Source: Lysobacterales bacterium (GTDB lineage: Bacteria > Pseudomonadota > Gammaproteobacteria > Xanthomonadales > SZUA-36). Taken from it: a DNA stretch of 64,000 nucleotides. Positions 48,530-58,944 of the stretch are shown piece after piece (position 1 is the first letter of the stretch; every line of letters starts with the position of its first letter). The stretch spans positions 323-64,322 of the forward strand of contig JBBKVS010000299.1 in assembly GCA_037968555.1 (NCBI GenBank). The letters run 5' to 3'. Under the pieces are notes generated by a model, which was not told where the DNA came from, made no database searches, and worked only from the letters and a program-made list of their open reading frames with translations. A program made the position numbers and the translations under genes.

Positions 48530-49429
48530 TTAGTGATCCCGTTGAACCATGTGTCGAGCCAGGTCAAGCAAGGGAGTGGTATCTCCCGGGATGTTCGAAA
48601 TGGCCGCGAGTGCCTGTTGTAACAAGCTATCGGCCCGATCTTGTGAAGCCTGCAGACCTATTAGTGCCGGGAAAGTGGGCTGATTGCGGGCCGCGTCTGC
48701 CTGGCTGGGTTTGCCGGTCTTAATGGATTCTCCGGTGACATCCAGGATATCGTCGCGGATCTGAAACCCCAGCCCTATGCAATGTCCAAACTGGCTCAGC
48801 GCTTCAATTTGTACTGCGGGAGCCTGGGCAAAAACTGCCGGACCGGTTACTGCCAGGCTGATCAATGCCCCCGTTTTAAGTGTATGGATGTGTTCCAGCT
48901 CCGCAAGGCTGATGTTGCTGCCATTGGCGTTGAGGTCCAGCATCTGTCCGCCAGCCATGCCGACAGAGCCGCAGGCAGTAGCCAGCATTTGCATCAGTTT
49001 GAGAGCTATAGCCGGGTCGGGCGACTTCATGGCCGCCAATTGTTCAAATGCCAGCGCTTGCAGCGCATCACCAGCAAGTATGGCTGTGGCTTCGTCAAAA
49101 GCCAGGTGGCAGGTTGCACGACCACGACGCCAGTCATCATCATCCATGGCTGGCAAATCATCATGTATCAAAGAATAAGCGTGAATCAATTCCAGGCTGC
49201 ACGCCAGGCTATCCAGGGGTTCTGGTGGTAAACCCAGCGCGTGGCCGGAAGCATAAATCAATAAGGGCCGAATCCGTTTGCCACCGGCCAGAGCAGAATA
49301 GCGCATGGCCTGATGCAATCTTTCGGGATCGCTGTATTCCCGCGGAAGGCTGCTCTCGAGCTGACGCTCAAAGTGCGCTCGCCAGCTGGCCAGCGGTGAC
49401 TCGCTTTCGATGGGCTTAGTCTGCAACAT
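48530..49429 (-). CDS. ispA: (2E,6E)-farnesyl diphosphate synthase
   Basis: Asp-rich motifs [16 protein letters not shown] and FQIRDDILD. Confidence 0.92.
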   Translation of the reverse strand: MLQTKPIESESPLASWRAHFERQLESSLPREYSDPERLHQAMRYSALAGGKRIRPLLIYASGHALGLPPEPLDSLACSLELIHAYSLIHDDLPAMDDDDWRRGRATCHLAFDEATAILAGDALQALAFEQLAAMKSPDPAIALKLMQMLATACGSVGMAGGQMLDLNANGSNISLAELEHIHTLKTGALISLAVTGPAVFAQAPAVQIEALSQFGHCIGLGFQIRDDILDVTGESIKTGKPSQADAARNQPTFPALIGLQASQDRADSLLQQALAAISNIPGDTTPLLDLARHMVQRDH

Positions 49430-49649
49430 CTTCCGCTTTACTGGCAGACGTATCCTGGCTCAAAACCTCTACTGTCTGTTGTGCTTCGTCCAATATGGAT
49501 TGACAGTGGCGTGTGAGCTCCACGCCACGCTTGAAGTGAGTCAATGATTGATCAAGACTCAAATCACCGGATTCCAGTTTAGCCACCAGATTTTCGAGTT
49601 CTGCCAGAGCCTGCTCGAATCCTGGTTTGTTTTCCTTTGATTTGCTCAC
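49416..49649 (-). CDS. xseB: Exodeoxyribonuclease VII small subunit
   Basis: GTG 49649 with a [32 protein letters not shown]. xseB-ispA-dxs synteny. Confidence 0.85.
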   Translation of the reverse strand: MSKSKENKPGFEQALAELENLVAKLESGDLSLDQSLTHFKRGVELTRHCQSILDEAQQTVEVLSQDTSASKAEDVAD

Positions 49650-49680
49650 TATGAACAACTCCTGATAGTGGAAGGCGACA

Positions 49681-51066
49681 CTAAACGAGGGTGAACCCAG
49701 GGTCAACCGCACAATTATGGCCAACTGATTGAATTTTCTTTAACAGCACATGTTCGGGCTGCCAACGATAAACCAGATTGGCGGTCTGCAACTGCTGTCT
49801 GAACTCCGGAGCCAGCCACCAATCTCCAACAGCGGACAATTTTCCGTCCAGAAAAAGCACGGGTACTGTGTCACGTAACCAGACAGGAATACCTGATATA
49901 CGCATGATTTCCTTTATTTTTCTCCTGATTGATTTGGGCTGGTCCAAATCGGCAGGTAGGGCAGATCGATGGCTGACCTGAGCATGGGGAAGGGGAATAT
50001 CGGTGCTTCCGTCAAGCAAAAGAAAACCATGTGCAGTACCCAGCGGGAGCCTGGCACTCCCATCCCAGCTCAGGTTGGGGCATGGCGATGCTTGGGGCAG
50101 CTCATGCATCCACAGTAAAGCCGCGTGGTGTTTGATCAGCCATTGGCCCCAGCGCAATTCAGCCTGGCTGTCCGCTCGAATATCCTGCAGTTGCATCAGA
50201 AACTCGCGCAAACGTTCCCGGGGTGGTGGCGTAGCACCGTTTTCGCGCGCCCAATGGCGGATCATCTCCGCTTGTATCAATGGTGAGGCCGAATTTAGAG
50301 CTTTGCAGCAAAGGGTGATTCCATCAGCTGACACAAATGCGTGATGATGGCTCAATAACTCTCGCAGTACTGACCCCTGCTCGCGCATATGTTCTGCACT
50401 CTGGTTCAGTCGTTGCACCAGCCCTGGCCAGCGCTGATCCAGTAGTGGAAAGATGTGGTTGCGCAGAAAGCTCCGGTCCATAGACTGGTCCAGGTTGGAC
50501 ATATCCGAAACCCAACTTACCTGCTCGTCAATGAGATAGGTTTCCAGCGCCGCACGACTTACATTCAGCAATGGCCTGGCCAGCCAACCCTGGGAATACT
50601 TGCGCAGCCGCGGTATGCCAGCCAATCCTTCACTGCCACTACCCCGCATCAGGTTGATGAACATGGTTTCCGCCTGATCTTCAGCCTGGTGCGCAGTGAG
50701 ATAGATATCGCCGGCAGCCATCATCTTCGCTATGCATTGGTAACGAGCACGACGTGCAGCTGTTTCGAAGCTGGTTTGGGCTTTACTTTGCAAAGTTAAT
50801 TTTGTCACTTGCAAAGGAATATTGCGTTGCTGACAAAATTGCCGGCAATGCTGCTCCCAGTCATCCGCGCTGTCTTGCAAGCCGTGGTTGAAGTGTACCG
50901 CCGCCAGGGGTGTGGCAATCTGTGCAGCAAGTTGGTGTAGGGCCAACAACAAGGCGGTTGAATCTGCTCCACCGCTAAAGCCCACCAAATATCGTTTGCC
51001 ATCAGGCAGCGCTTCGATATCTTGCAGAAGTACTTGAGGGGTAAATTGATTTACGACCCGGCTCAT
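49681..51066 (-). CDS. tilS: tRNA(Ile)-lysidine synthase
   Basis: PP-loop motif [13 protein letters not shown]. 461 aa. Adjacent to accA. Confidence 0.9.
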   Translation of the reverse strand: MSRVVNQFTPQVLLQDIEALPDGKRYLVGFSGGADSTALLLALHQLAAQIATPLAAVHFNHGLQDSADDWEQHCRQFCQQRNIPLQVTKLTLQSKAQTSFETAARRARYQCIAKMMAAGDIYLTAHQAEDQAETMFINLMRGSGSEGLAGIPRLRKYSQGWLARPLLNVSRAALETYLIDEQVSWVSDMSNLDQSMDRSFLRNHIFPLLDQRWPGLVQRLNQSAEHMREQGSVLRELLSHHHAFVSADGITLCCKALNSASPLIQAEMIRHWARENGATPPPRERLREFLMQLQDIRADSQAELRWGQWLIKHHAALLWMHELPQASPCPNLSWDGSARLPLGTAHGFLLLDGSTDIPLPHAQVSHRSALPADLDQPKSIRRKIKEIMRISGIPVWLRDTVPVLFLDGKLSAVGDWWLAPEFRQQLQTANLVYRWQPEHVLLKKIQSVGHNCAVDPGFTLV

Positions 51067-51081
51067 GATTGCCGGTCAGGC

Positions 51082-52038
51082 TCAATCCTGGATTTCGCCA
51101 TAGGACAACAGGCGCAAATAGCGCGACTCCAGTAGTTGTTCTGCATTCATGTGATCCAGCTCGGCCAGTTGGCGTTCAATGCAATCACCAATGCGACGGG
51201 CTACTTCGTCCGGTTCTTTGTGTGCGCCGCCCAGGGGCTCAGGAATAACCTCATCGATTAATCCCATGGCTTTGAGGCGATCGGAAGTAATGCCCAGGGC
51301 CGTGGCGGCCTCTTCAGCATTGCCGGCATCTTTCCACAATATGGAAGCGCAGCCCTCGGGAGAAATAACTGAATAGGTGCTGTATTCCAGCATATTGACC
51401 CGGTCTCCAATACCAATGGCCAATGCACCGCCGGAGCCACCTTCACCCACTATATTGCAGACTATCGGCACTGGTAAGCGAGACATGACGGCGAGGTTGC
51501 GGGCTATCGCTTCCGACTGGCCACGCTCTTCCGCGCCTACACCGGGGTAAGCACCGGGCGTGTCAATAAAAGTGACCAGTGGCAGCCTGAAGCGGGCAGC
51601 CATATTCATCAAACGCAAGGCCTTGCGATAACCCTCGGGACGCGGCATTCCAAAATTCCGGAACACTTTGGCCTTGGTGTCGCGGCCTTTTTGATGGCCA
51701 ATGATCAGGATGGAACGTCCGCGAAAGCTCGCCAGGCCACCAACGATGGCATGATCATCGGCGAATGCCCGGTCCCCATGCAGTTCGTGAAATTCATCAA
51801 ACAGCTTCTCCACATAGTCCAGGGTGTACGGGCGCTGAGGATGGCGGCTGAGTTGGGAAATCTGCCAGGGAGTCAGGTTGCTGAAAATTCCCTGGATTTT
51901 CTGCCGCATCTTGATCTGCAGTCGCTGAATTTCTTCATCAAGATTTATGGCATTGTCCGAACCCACATTGCGCAGCTCATCGATTTTCGCTTGTAGCTCG
52001 GCAATGGGTTGTTCGAAATCAAGGTAATTGGGGTTCAT
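51082..52038 (-). CDS. accA: Acetyl-CoA carboxylase carboxyltransferase subunit alpha
   Basis: 318 aa ([23 protein letters not shown]...) and AccA-like throughout. Confidence 0.95.
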   Translation of the reverse strand: MNPNYLDFEQPIAELQAKIDELRNVGSDNAINLDEEIQRLQIKMRQKIQGIFSNLTPWQISQLSRHPQRPYTLDYVEKLFDEFHELHGDRAFADDHAIVGGLASFRGRSILIIGHQKGRDTKAKVFRNFGMPRPEGYRKALRLMNMAARFRLPLVTFIDTPGAYPGVGAEERGQSEAIARNLAVMSRLPVPIVCNIVGEGGSGGALAIGIGDRVNMLEYSTYSVISPEGCASILWKDAGNAEEAATALGITSDRLKAMGLIDEVIPEPLGGAHKEPDEVARRIGDCIERQLAELDHMNAEQLLESRYLRLLSYGEIQD

Positions 52039-52062
52039 GTGGAACTCTCATCAAGTCTTGCG

Positions 52063-52089
52063 GCGCATTATAGCCAGCGCATTATAGCC
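52063..52089 (-). promoter_or_regulatory. Tandem 13-bp direct repeat carrying two consensus -10 hexamers upstream of accA
   Basis: On the accA strand the sequence reads GGCTATAATGCGC-T-GGCTATAATGCGC. The proximal TATAAT ends 28 nt before the ATG, and a GAGAG SD lies between them. Confidence 0.5.
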
Positions 52090-52148
52090 TTAGCGGCCGT
52101 TTGTCCCACTTTGTACAGCATTGCGCCGGGTCAAAGCAATGCAGCGGA

Positions 52149-53033
52149 TCAGTCCAGGGTAGCCAGAGATTGTGCTGTCAGCCGCGGAATTTTGTGCAAT
52201 GACCAATGAGCGACAGCCCAATCCCAGGTGTCCTGCCAATCCAGCAGTGGTGGCTCGTGGCCAAGAAATTTCAAAGCCAGCCTCAGACTGGGCAGTGGGT
52301 CGTGATTGCGCAGCGGATCAGACTGCAGCCGCTTGCTCAATTTATGCCCATCGCTTTGGGTCACCAGCGGAATATGTGCGTAGTGGGGGGTGGGCAAACT
52401 GAGGCATTGTTGCAACCAGATCTGGCGTGGCGTGGAGTCCAGCAAGTCCGCGCCGCGGATGATGTCGGTAACCTGTTGGAATGCATCATCCACAACCACA
52501 GCCAGTTGGTACGCAAATAAACCATCGGCACGGCGTATGACAAAATCACCAGATTGACTATTAAGGTCATTTCGAACTTTGCCCTGGATACCATCTTCAA
52601 ATTCCACCACGCGATCCTGGGTGCGCAGGCGCAAAGCACGTGGTCTTTTACCCGCAGGCAGGCCTGTGCTGCAGGTGCCTGGGTATATGCCCGAATCGGG
52701 TAGCTCACTTCGGCTACAACCACACCAGTAAGCCAGGTCTTTTTCAATCAATTGTTGGCAAGCGGATTGATAGGCAGCAGCTCTCTGGTTTTGATAGAGA
52801 ACCTCACCATCTGGCCTCATACCCCAACATCCCAGATCGTGAATGATGGAGGCTGCACTACCTGCTACTTCGCGGGGAGGGTCCAGGTCTTCAACGCGCA
52901 ACAGCCATAAACCTGCAGCTTTTTTTGCATCAAGAAAGCTGGCCAGCGCCGCCAGCAGGGATCCAATATGCAGATCACCAGTGGGAGAAGGCGCAAAGCG
53001 GCCGATATAGGGTTTAGTGAAGTGTTGAAGCAT
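52149..53033 (-). CDS. gluQ: Glutamyl-Q tRNA(Asp) synthetase
   Basis: 294 aa truncated GluRS paralogue. GRFAPSPTGDLHIGSL and KLSKR motifs. Confidence 0.88.
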   Translation of the reverse strand: MLQHFTKPYIGRFAPSPTGDLHIGSLLAALASFLDAKKAAGLWLLRVEDLDPPREVAGSAASIIHDLGCWGMRPDGEVLYQNQRAAAYQSACQQLIEKDLAYWCGCSRSELPDSGIYPGTCSTGLPAGKRPRALRLRTQDRVVEFEDGIQGKVRNDLNSQSGDFVIRRADGLFAYQLAVVVDDAFQQVTDIIRGADLLDSTPRQIWLQQCLSLPTPHYAHIPLVTQSDGHKLSKRLQSDPLRNHDPLPSLRLALKFLGHEPPLLDWQDTWDWAVAHWSLHKIPRLTAQSLATLD

Positions 53034-53114
53034 GAAGATTCAGTCTACTGCATGCTTGCAATAGCTAATACCAGTTGTTTGCTCAAGCGATTTTTGCAGA
53101 GACAAACTGACTGC

Positions 53115-55157
53115 TTATTGTGCAACAACCTGTGAGCTTTCTTTGAGAAAAGCGCCTGCGATTAGCTTAATGCCACATTGCCACAATATGGCCAGGCTGG
53201 AGGTATCCGCCACTTCATCTGCAATTACGGTGACTTTGTGCTGTTCAGCCAATTCCACAATATTTCTGATGATTTCCTGGTTGCCGGTATTGCCGATCAG
53301 GCTTTCCGTCAACGTGGGTTGCAGTTTCAGGTAAGAGGCCTGCACGTGCTCCAGTAACTGGTTACAACGTCGATCACCATTGAAGGCTGAGATAGACAAG
53401 CGACAGCCATAGGGTTGCAGTTCCTGCATTAACCTTTGCACCGGTTTGAGATTGGTTTGTGCAGTGCTTGCTGAAACCTGGACGATCATCTTTTTGCCTT
53501 CTATACAGAATGCTTCCATCTGTTCAATTAACCAGCCTGGGAAACTGTAATCCAGAATGGAATTGGAGCTGAGACTGATGATCTGTCGTTCGCTGCTCTC
53601 TGCGAAATTTTTGAGCAGTTCAGGTATAAGCTGGCGATCAATGGTGCCAGCCAGGTCATTGCGGTCGGCAATTGCCATGAATTTTTCTGGAGAGAGGTTG
53701 CCGGCTTCATCGCGCAGGTAAATCATGTTTTCAACCAGGTGTTCACCTTCACCATCCAGGTCGACAATGGGCTGATGAACTGCATAAAGATCATCGTTAC
53801 TCAAAGCGTATTTAATACGCTCAATCCATTCGCGATCATCCTGGAAGTTGCTCACAGCGGTGAGCTGCGGCCGGAATACGATGGCCTGATTACCATCAAC
53901 AGTAGCTTCGGTTTGGGCCTTGCGGGCGCCGGCCAATACTTCAGTCGAATTTCTGGCCAGCCGGCCCAGTGTGGCAATGCCAATGCTGCAAGTCAGGCTG
54001 ACAGAACGATCACCGATTTCTGTGAGGTGGCTGCGGAATGCTTTAAGTAAACTCTCTGCGTAAGCTTCAATTTCTTCCATGTTGCGCTTGTTGGTAAGAA
54101 CGGCAAAACCGTGCTCACCGATGCGGGCAGGGTAATCGTCATCGGCAAGGCAAGAGCGCAGCACTTGCGCCTGGTCGGAAGTGAAGGAATCCATGCTCGC
54201 CACATCCAGATCTGCGATCAATTCATTCAAACCATCAGGTTCCAGGTATATGACGGCAGCAACGCTTTCAGCGGTATGAGGCTCTTCCAGCTTGGCATCC
54301 AGCTTGTCAATAAAGGCCCTGCGATTGCCCAACCGGGTAAGTGGGTCGGTTACTCTCAGGCGGTCCAACTCAGCTTGCAATTCGGCTGTGGCGTCCAGCT
54401 GTTGTACCTGCATTTGTATGCAGTCTTCCCCGTTGAACTTGGCAGCAGAAAAAACCAGTCCGGCATCAAACTCGCTGCCATCAGGACGGGTAACACAAAC
54501 CTGCAGGGACTCTTCTGGAAATTCGCCTTTGGAAAGCTTTTTCAGAATAATTTTGAGGTTGCCTTGTTCGGTTTTCATCATTTCCAGCAAAGAGAGGCCG
54601 TCGATTTCTTCCGTATCGTGCACATGCAAAGCTTCGAGATATGCCCGATTGGCATACACATGCAAACCCTCATGAATGTACGCTATGGCATCGCGAGCGC
54701 TGTCCAGCAGAAGATCAAAGCGGTGTTCAAGTTCCTGCAGACGGTCGCGTTGCTGCCCATGGGCTTCACCCTGCTCATGGCTATCCAGCATTTGGCTGAT
54801 GCAGGCTAAGAGCAGTTTTTCGTTGGTAGAATTTATGACCAGACAGGGGGCAACTTTCAGTGACTCTATCAAAGTCTCGGGATTATCCAGGGCAGAGTAC
54901 AGAGCCAGCGGTACCCTATGATCGCTGGCCAATTGGTATATTTCTTCCAGATTGGCGTAGCGGGATTCAGGGTTTACGTAAATGATAACCAGTGGTTTGT
55001 CCTGATCCAGAGATTGCTTGACCTCTGCGGACTTGCTTGCATGAATTACATGAATCTTGATTCCGGAATTACGCAGCAGAGAGTTAATCCCATCTGCAAC
55101 TTCCGGTGTCTTGTCAACGACAAGAAGATTCGTGCTATCCATAGCATAGATCTCCAA
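53115..55157 (-). CDS. FimX-like REC-PAS-GGDEF-EAL protein with degenerate catalytic motifs
   Basis: 680 aa. Receiver-like N-terminus, PAS, a GGDEF domain with GEHGF in place of GGDEF, and an EAL domain lacking most catalytic residues (ENM for EAL, SAFNGD for DDFG). Confidence 0.7.
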   Translation of the reverse strand: MEIYAMDSTNLLVVDKTPEVADGINSLLRNSGIKIHVIHASKSAEVKQSLDQDKPLVIIYVNPESRYANLEEIYQLASDHRVPLALYSALDNPETLIESLKVAPCLVINSTNEKLLLACISQMLDSHEQGEAHGQQRDRLQELEHRFDLLLDSARDAIAYIHEGLHVYANRAYLEALHVHDTEEIDGLSLLEMMKTEQGNLKIILKKLSKGEFPEESLQVCVTRPDGSEFDAGLVFSAAKFNGEDCIQMQVQQLDATAELQAELDRLRVTDPLTRLGNRRAFIDKLDAKLEEPHTAESVAAVIYLEPDGLNELIADLDVASMDSFTSDQAQVLRSCLADDDYPARIGEHGFAVLTNKRNMEEIEAYAESLLKAFRSHLTEIGDRSVSLTCSIGIATLGRLARNSTEVLAGARKAQTEATVDGNQAIVFRPQLTAVSNFQDDREWIERIKYALSNDDLYAVHQPIVDLDGEGEHLVENMIYLRDEAGNLSPEKFMAIADRNDLAGTIDRQLIPELLKNFAESSERQIISLSSNSILDYSFPGWLIEQMEAFCIEGKKMIVQVSASTAQTNLKPVQRLMQELQPYGCRLSISAFNGDRRCNQLLEHVQASYLKLQPTLTESLIGNTGNQEIIRNIVELAEQHKVTVIADEVADTSSLAILWQCGIKLIAGAFLKESSQVVAQ

Positions 55158-55561
55158 ACCCTATTTATTAGAGCTTTTTTAACATGATTATCTATAATAA
55201 ATCAATTAATTATCTGACTTTCTGAATACTGATTCCATGTAGCCAAGTAATTCAGATGCATTTGATTATGAACCAATCCACCGCTTATTTATAGCCTGCA
55301 AGGTGTATTTGAAAATTTTTACCCGATATTGTGAGCTTTGAGCTTGAAATAAATTGGGAAAACAGCTTAAAACCGTGCGATAGGCGAAAATATATTCGTG
55401 TGAATTAAGAATCAAAACTTAGGGTAGCTCAATAATCCAGTGCCTGAGGTGCGCATTTAATTTAAAATGCGCGACTTTGCTCGTGCTCAGTATTATCACC
55501 GAATCTTGATACTGGCCGAGATAGCCAAATTATTCCAGGCACCGATTACACGGAGACAGCA

Positions 55562-56131
55562 ATGGCGTTTTATAGCACCAATGAATTCAAGGCCGGACTC
55601 AAAATTATTCTGGATGGTGATCCTTACAACATCGTCGAAAATGAGTTTGTAAAACCCGGTAAGGGTCAGGCATTTAGCCGGGTAAGGGTCAGGAATCTGA
55701 AATCCGGTCGCGTGCTGGAGCGTACTTTCCGTTCAGGTGAATCCGTAGAAGCAGCCGACATTTTCGAGCTGAATGTCCAATACCTCTATAACGATGGAGA
55801 ATTTTGGCACTTCATGGAGCAGGATACCTTTGAGCAACATGCCTGTTCAAAGGAAGGGGTTGGTGATGCGGCGCTGTGGTTGAAAGAAGAGGATATCTGC
55901 CAGGTCATGCTTTACAACGGTGAGCCGTTGACCGTAACACCCCCTAATTTTGTTGAGTTGCGCATTGTAGAAACCGATCCTGGCCTTCGCGGGGACACCT
56001 CGGGCGGTGGCGGCAAACCGGCAACCCTGGAAACCGGCGCTGTAGTTCGCGTGCCCCTGTTTGTTTCCAATGAAGAATTGATACGAGTCGATACCCGTAC
56101 TGGCGATTATGTGTCACGCGTGAAGGAATAG
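55562..56131 (+). CDS. efp: Elongation factor P (Lys34 type)
   Basis: 189 aa with the KPGKGQAF loop. Confidence 0.95.
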   Translation: MAFYSTNEFKAGLKIILDGDPYNIVENEFVKPGKGQAFSRVRVRNLKSGRVLERTFRSGESVEAADIFELNVQYLYNDGEFWHFMEQDTFEQHACSKEGVGDAALWLKEEDICQVMLYNGEPLTVTPPNFVELRIVETDPGLRGDTSGGGGKPATLETGAVVRVPLFVSNEELIRVDTRTGDYVSRVKE

Positions 56132-56175
56132 TTTTTAAAGTTTACCGCAATCATAAGGATGCGAGTATTTCTAAA

Positions 56176-57495
56176 ATGAGCGTGATTAGCTTGATAAGTG
56201 CACGCTACATCGTGCCTGTTCGGCCACGAGGCGAGGTATTGCAGCACCATACAGCAGTACTGCAAAACCAGAAGATACGGGAAGTCCTGCCGACAGTTGA
56301 AGCCAGGAGCCGATATCCGCAGGCCAGGGAAACACAACTTAACAATCATGTGTTATTGCCCGGCCTGATCAACATGCATACCCATTCTCCCATGACCTTG
56401 TTGCGCGGTTATGCGGACGATATGGATATGCAGAGCTGGCTGCAGGACCGAATCTGGCCAGCAGAGAGCAGGCATGTATCCAAGGAATTTGTTGCTGACG
56501 GAACCCGATTGGCCATTGCCGAGATGCTGCGTTCCGGTACCACCTGCTTCAATGAACAGTATTTTTTCCCTGAGGTCATGGCAGAAGTGGTACACGAGTG
56601 TGGCATTCGGGCTGCTATCAGCTTTCCTGTTCTCGATATGCCGACCATGTGGTCTTCATCTGCAGCTGATTGCCTGGCCATGGCCGAAGAACAATTTGCC
56701 GCTACCCAAGATACGGACAGAATTTGCTATGCCCTTGCACCCCACGCTCCTTACACTGTGGGTGATGACAGCTTTCTGAAAATTGCCCGTTTGTCCCAGG
56801 ACTGGAATGTGCCGATCAATATGCACTTGCTGGAAACGGGCTATGATGTCAGTCATTCCCTGGCTGAATACTCTGAACGTCCACTTCAACGCTTGCAGCG
56901 ATTAGGTCTGTTGAATCAGCGTTTGCTTGCTGTGCACATGACCCAATTGGAGCCGGTCGATATTGAGCTGTTGGCCAGGCATGGAGTGCAGGTCATTCAT
57001 TGTCCGCGATCCAACCTGAAGTTGGCCAGTGGCTATTGTCCGGTCAGTAGCTTGCTGGATGCGGGTGTCAATGTTTCTGTCGGTACGGATGGTGCAGCCA
57101 GCAACAACAAGCTTGATCTGCTTGCTGAGGCCCAAATGGCTGCATTATTGGCCAAAGGACAGAGCGACCAAGCCACCGCTGTGGATGCTTTTACCCTCTT
57201 GGAAATGATGACCATTAACGCTGCTATGGCCTTGGGACAAGGTGAAACCCTGGGTAGTATTGAAGCAGGCAAATGGGCTGATCTGGTGGCACTTGATCTG
57301 GCCCAGCCGGAAACACAGCCCGTGCACAACGTGGTCTCGCACATTGCCTATGCGGCGTCCAGCAGCCAGTTCTCCGATGTCTGGGTGGCGGGAAAACGTT
57401 TGCTGCAGGATCGCGTATTGGCTCACATGGATATTGTCGATGTGTTGGCAAAGGCCGAGACTTGGCGTATTCGCATTGCTGCAAATGCGGTTTAA
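56176..57495 (+). CDS. mtaD: TRZ/ATZ family amidohydrolase, probable 5-methylthioadenosine/S-adenosylhomocysteine deaminase
   Basis: Metal-binding motif INMHTHSPMTLLRG. 439 aa. Sits upstream of ubiG as in pseudomonads. Confidence 0.7.
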   Translation: MSVISLISARYIVPVRPRGEVLQHHTAVLQNQKIREVLPTVEARSRYPQARETQLNNHVLLPGLINMHTHSPMTLLRGYADDMDMQSWLQDRIWPAESRHVSKEFVADGTRLAIAEMLRSGTTCFNEQYFFPEVMAEVVHECGIRAAISFPVLDMPTMWSSSAADCLAMAEEQFAATQDTDRICYALAPHAPYTVGDDSFLKIARLSQDWNVPINMHLLETGYDVSHSLAEYSERPLQRLQRLGLLNQRLLAVHMTQLEPVDIELLARHGVQVIHCPRSNLKLASGYCPVSSLLDAGVNVSVGTDGAASNNKLDLLAEAQMAALLAKGQSDQATAVDAFTLLEMMTINAAMALGQGETLGSIEAGKWADLVALDLAQPETQPVHNVVSHIAYAASSSQFSDVWVAGKRLLQDRVLAHMDIVDVLAKAETWRIRIAANAV

Positions 57496-57520
57496 ATCAG
57501 CGGTGCCGGGAACAAATTAA

Positions 57521-58240
57521 ATGGAAGGTTCTGTACATAAACCCAATCTTGATCAGGAAGAGCGTCGCAAGTTTGATGACCTGGCTGCTTCCTGGTGGGA
57601 TCCAAATGGTGCCTCCAAAGCCTTGCACGCGCTCAATCCTGCACGTTTAGCTTATGTGGCTGAGCGCTGTCAGTTGTCCGGTAGGCGGGTACTTGATGTG
57701 GGGTGTGGTGGCGGCATTCTGACAGAAGCCATGGCGCAAAAAGGTGCCCGTGTTACTGGAATTGACGTAGCCAGCAAGTCCCTTGCTGTGGCTAAGTTGC
57801 ACCTGCTGGAGTCCGGTTTGCAAGCCGACTACCTCGAAACAACGGTAGAAGAACACGCTACTGCAGGAGTTGCACCTTATGATGTCATCACCTGCATGGA
57901 AATGTTAGAGCATGTTCCTGACCCCGAATCAGTTGTACACAGCATCGGTTCATTGTTGAAGCCGGGCGGTCACGTATTTCTTTCCACCATCAACAGAAAC
58001 CCGTTGGCATTTGGCATGGCCATAATCGGCGCTGAATATGTTGCACGATTGTTGCCGCGTGGTACCCATCGCTATGATCGTTTCATTCGTCCTTCGGAAT
58101 TGAGCAGTTGGTTGCGCAATGCCGACCTGTCTACCGAAGACATTCGTGGCCTGCATTACGATCCGCTGGGCGGGTCGGTGAAGTTGGGTGGTCACGTGAG
58201 AGTGAACTATTTATTGCATGCCAAACGGGCAGACTGTTGA
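57521..58240 (+). CDS. ubiG: Bifunctional 3-demethylubiquinol 3-O-methyltransferase / 2-polyprenyl-6-hydroxyphenol methylase
   Basis: SAM motif VLDVGCGGGILTE. UbiG-like throughout. Confidence 0.92.
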   Translation: MEGSVHKPNLDQEERRKFDDLAASWWDPNGASKALHALNPARLAYVAERCQLSGRRVLDVGCGGGILTEAMAQKGARVTGIDVASKSLAVAKLHLLESGLQADYLETTVEEHATAGVAPYDVITCMEMLEHVPDPESVVHSIGSLLKPGGHVFLSTINRNPLAFGMAIIGAEYVARLLPRGTHRYDRFIRPSELSSWLRNADLSTEDIRGLHYDPLGGSVKLGGHVRVNYLLHAKRADC

Positions 58241-58890
58241 AATCCATCAAGGCCATATTGTTCGATCTGGATGGAACCTTGCTGGATTCCGCACCCGATC
58301 TGGTAGCAGCCCTGAATTGGCTGCGTTCGACCAAGAAATTACCTGCGCTGGGTACAGCCAGCATGAGTCGACATGTATCGCACGGCGCGGTAGGAATACT
58401 GAACGCCGGAATGCCAGCCACAAGTGCTGATCAATTTGCTGAATGGAAGGCTTTGTTCCTGGAAAGATATGCCGCTGTGGGTTATTGCGAATCGCGCTTG
58501 TACGACGGAATTCCGGAAGTACTGCAAGCGCTGGATCAGCGGGACATACCCTGGGGCATTGTTACCAACAAGATGGAATCTCTGACCTTACCGATTTTGA
58601 AATCTGCAGGCCTGTTGGACCGAGCAGCTTCTGTGGTTTGTGGTGACACGCTGAATCGAAGCAAACCTGACCCTGCCCCGGTGTTGTTTGCTTGTGAACA
58701 ATTGGCACTCGATCCTGCCAGAGTAATTTTCGCTGGGGATGACATCAGGGATATACAGGCAGGCAGAAGTGCGGGTTCAATGACTGCAGCGGTTCTGTAC
58801 GGATATGGTTCACATGAATTCAGCGTCGAGCAATTGCGCGATAGTGTGGAAATTAATCGACCAGCAGATTTTCATAAGCTGTTGGAATGA
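58237..58890 (+). CDS. HAD-IA phosphatase (phosphoglycolate phosphatase / MupP-like)
   Basis: TTG 58237 overlaps the ubiG stop (TTGA). HAD motif I is AILFDLDGTLLDS. Its position after ubiG matches the Pseudomonas MupP locus (from memory). Confidence 0.7.
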   Translation: MKSIKAILFDLDGTLLDSAPDLVAALNWLRSTKKLPALGTASMSRHVSHGAVGILNAGMPATSADQFAEWKALFLERYAAVGYCESRLYDGIPEVLQALDQRDIPWGIVTNKMESLTLPILKSAGLLDRAASVVCGDTLNRSKPDPAPVLFACEQLALDPARVIFAGDDIRDIQAGRSAGSMTAAVLYGYGSHEFSVEQLRDSVEINRPADFHKLLE

Positions 58891-58944
58891 ATCCGCTTCA
58901 GCCGCATATTTCTGTATTGAGAAAATGACGAGTATCAAATCGTA

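Noticed and set aside
55451-55472. Inverted repeat GCGCATTT-aattta-AAATGCGC in the AT-rich efp upstream region
   Set aside because: This is an 8-bp palindrome in very AT-rich DNA with no U-tract and no known operator match. It is possibly a binding site, but there is not enough evidence to call it.
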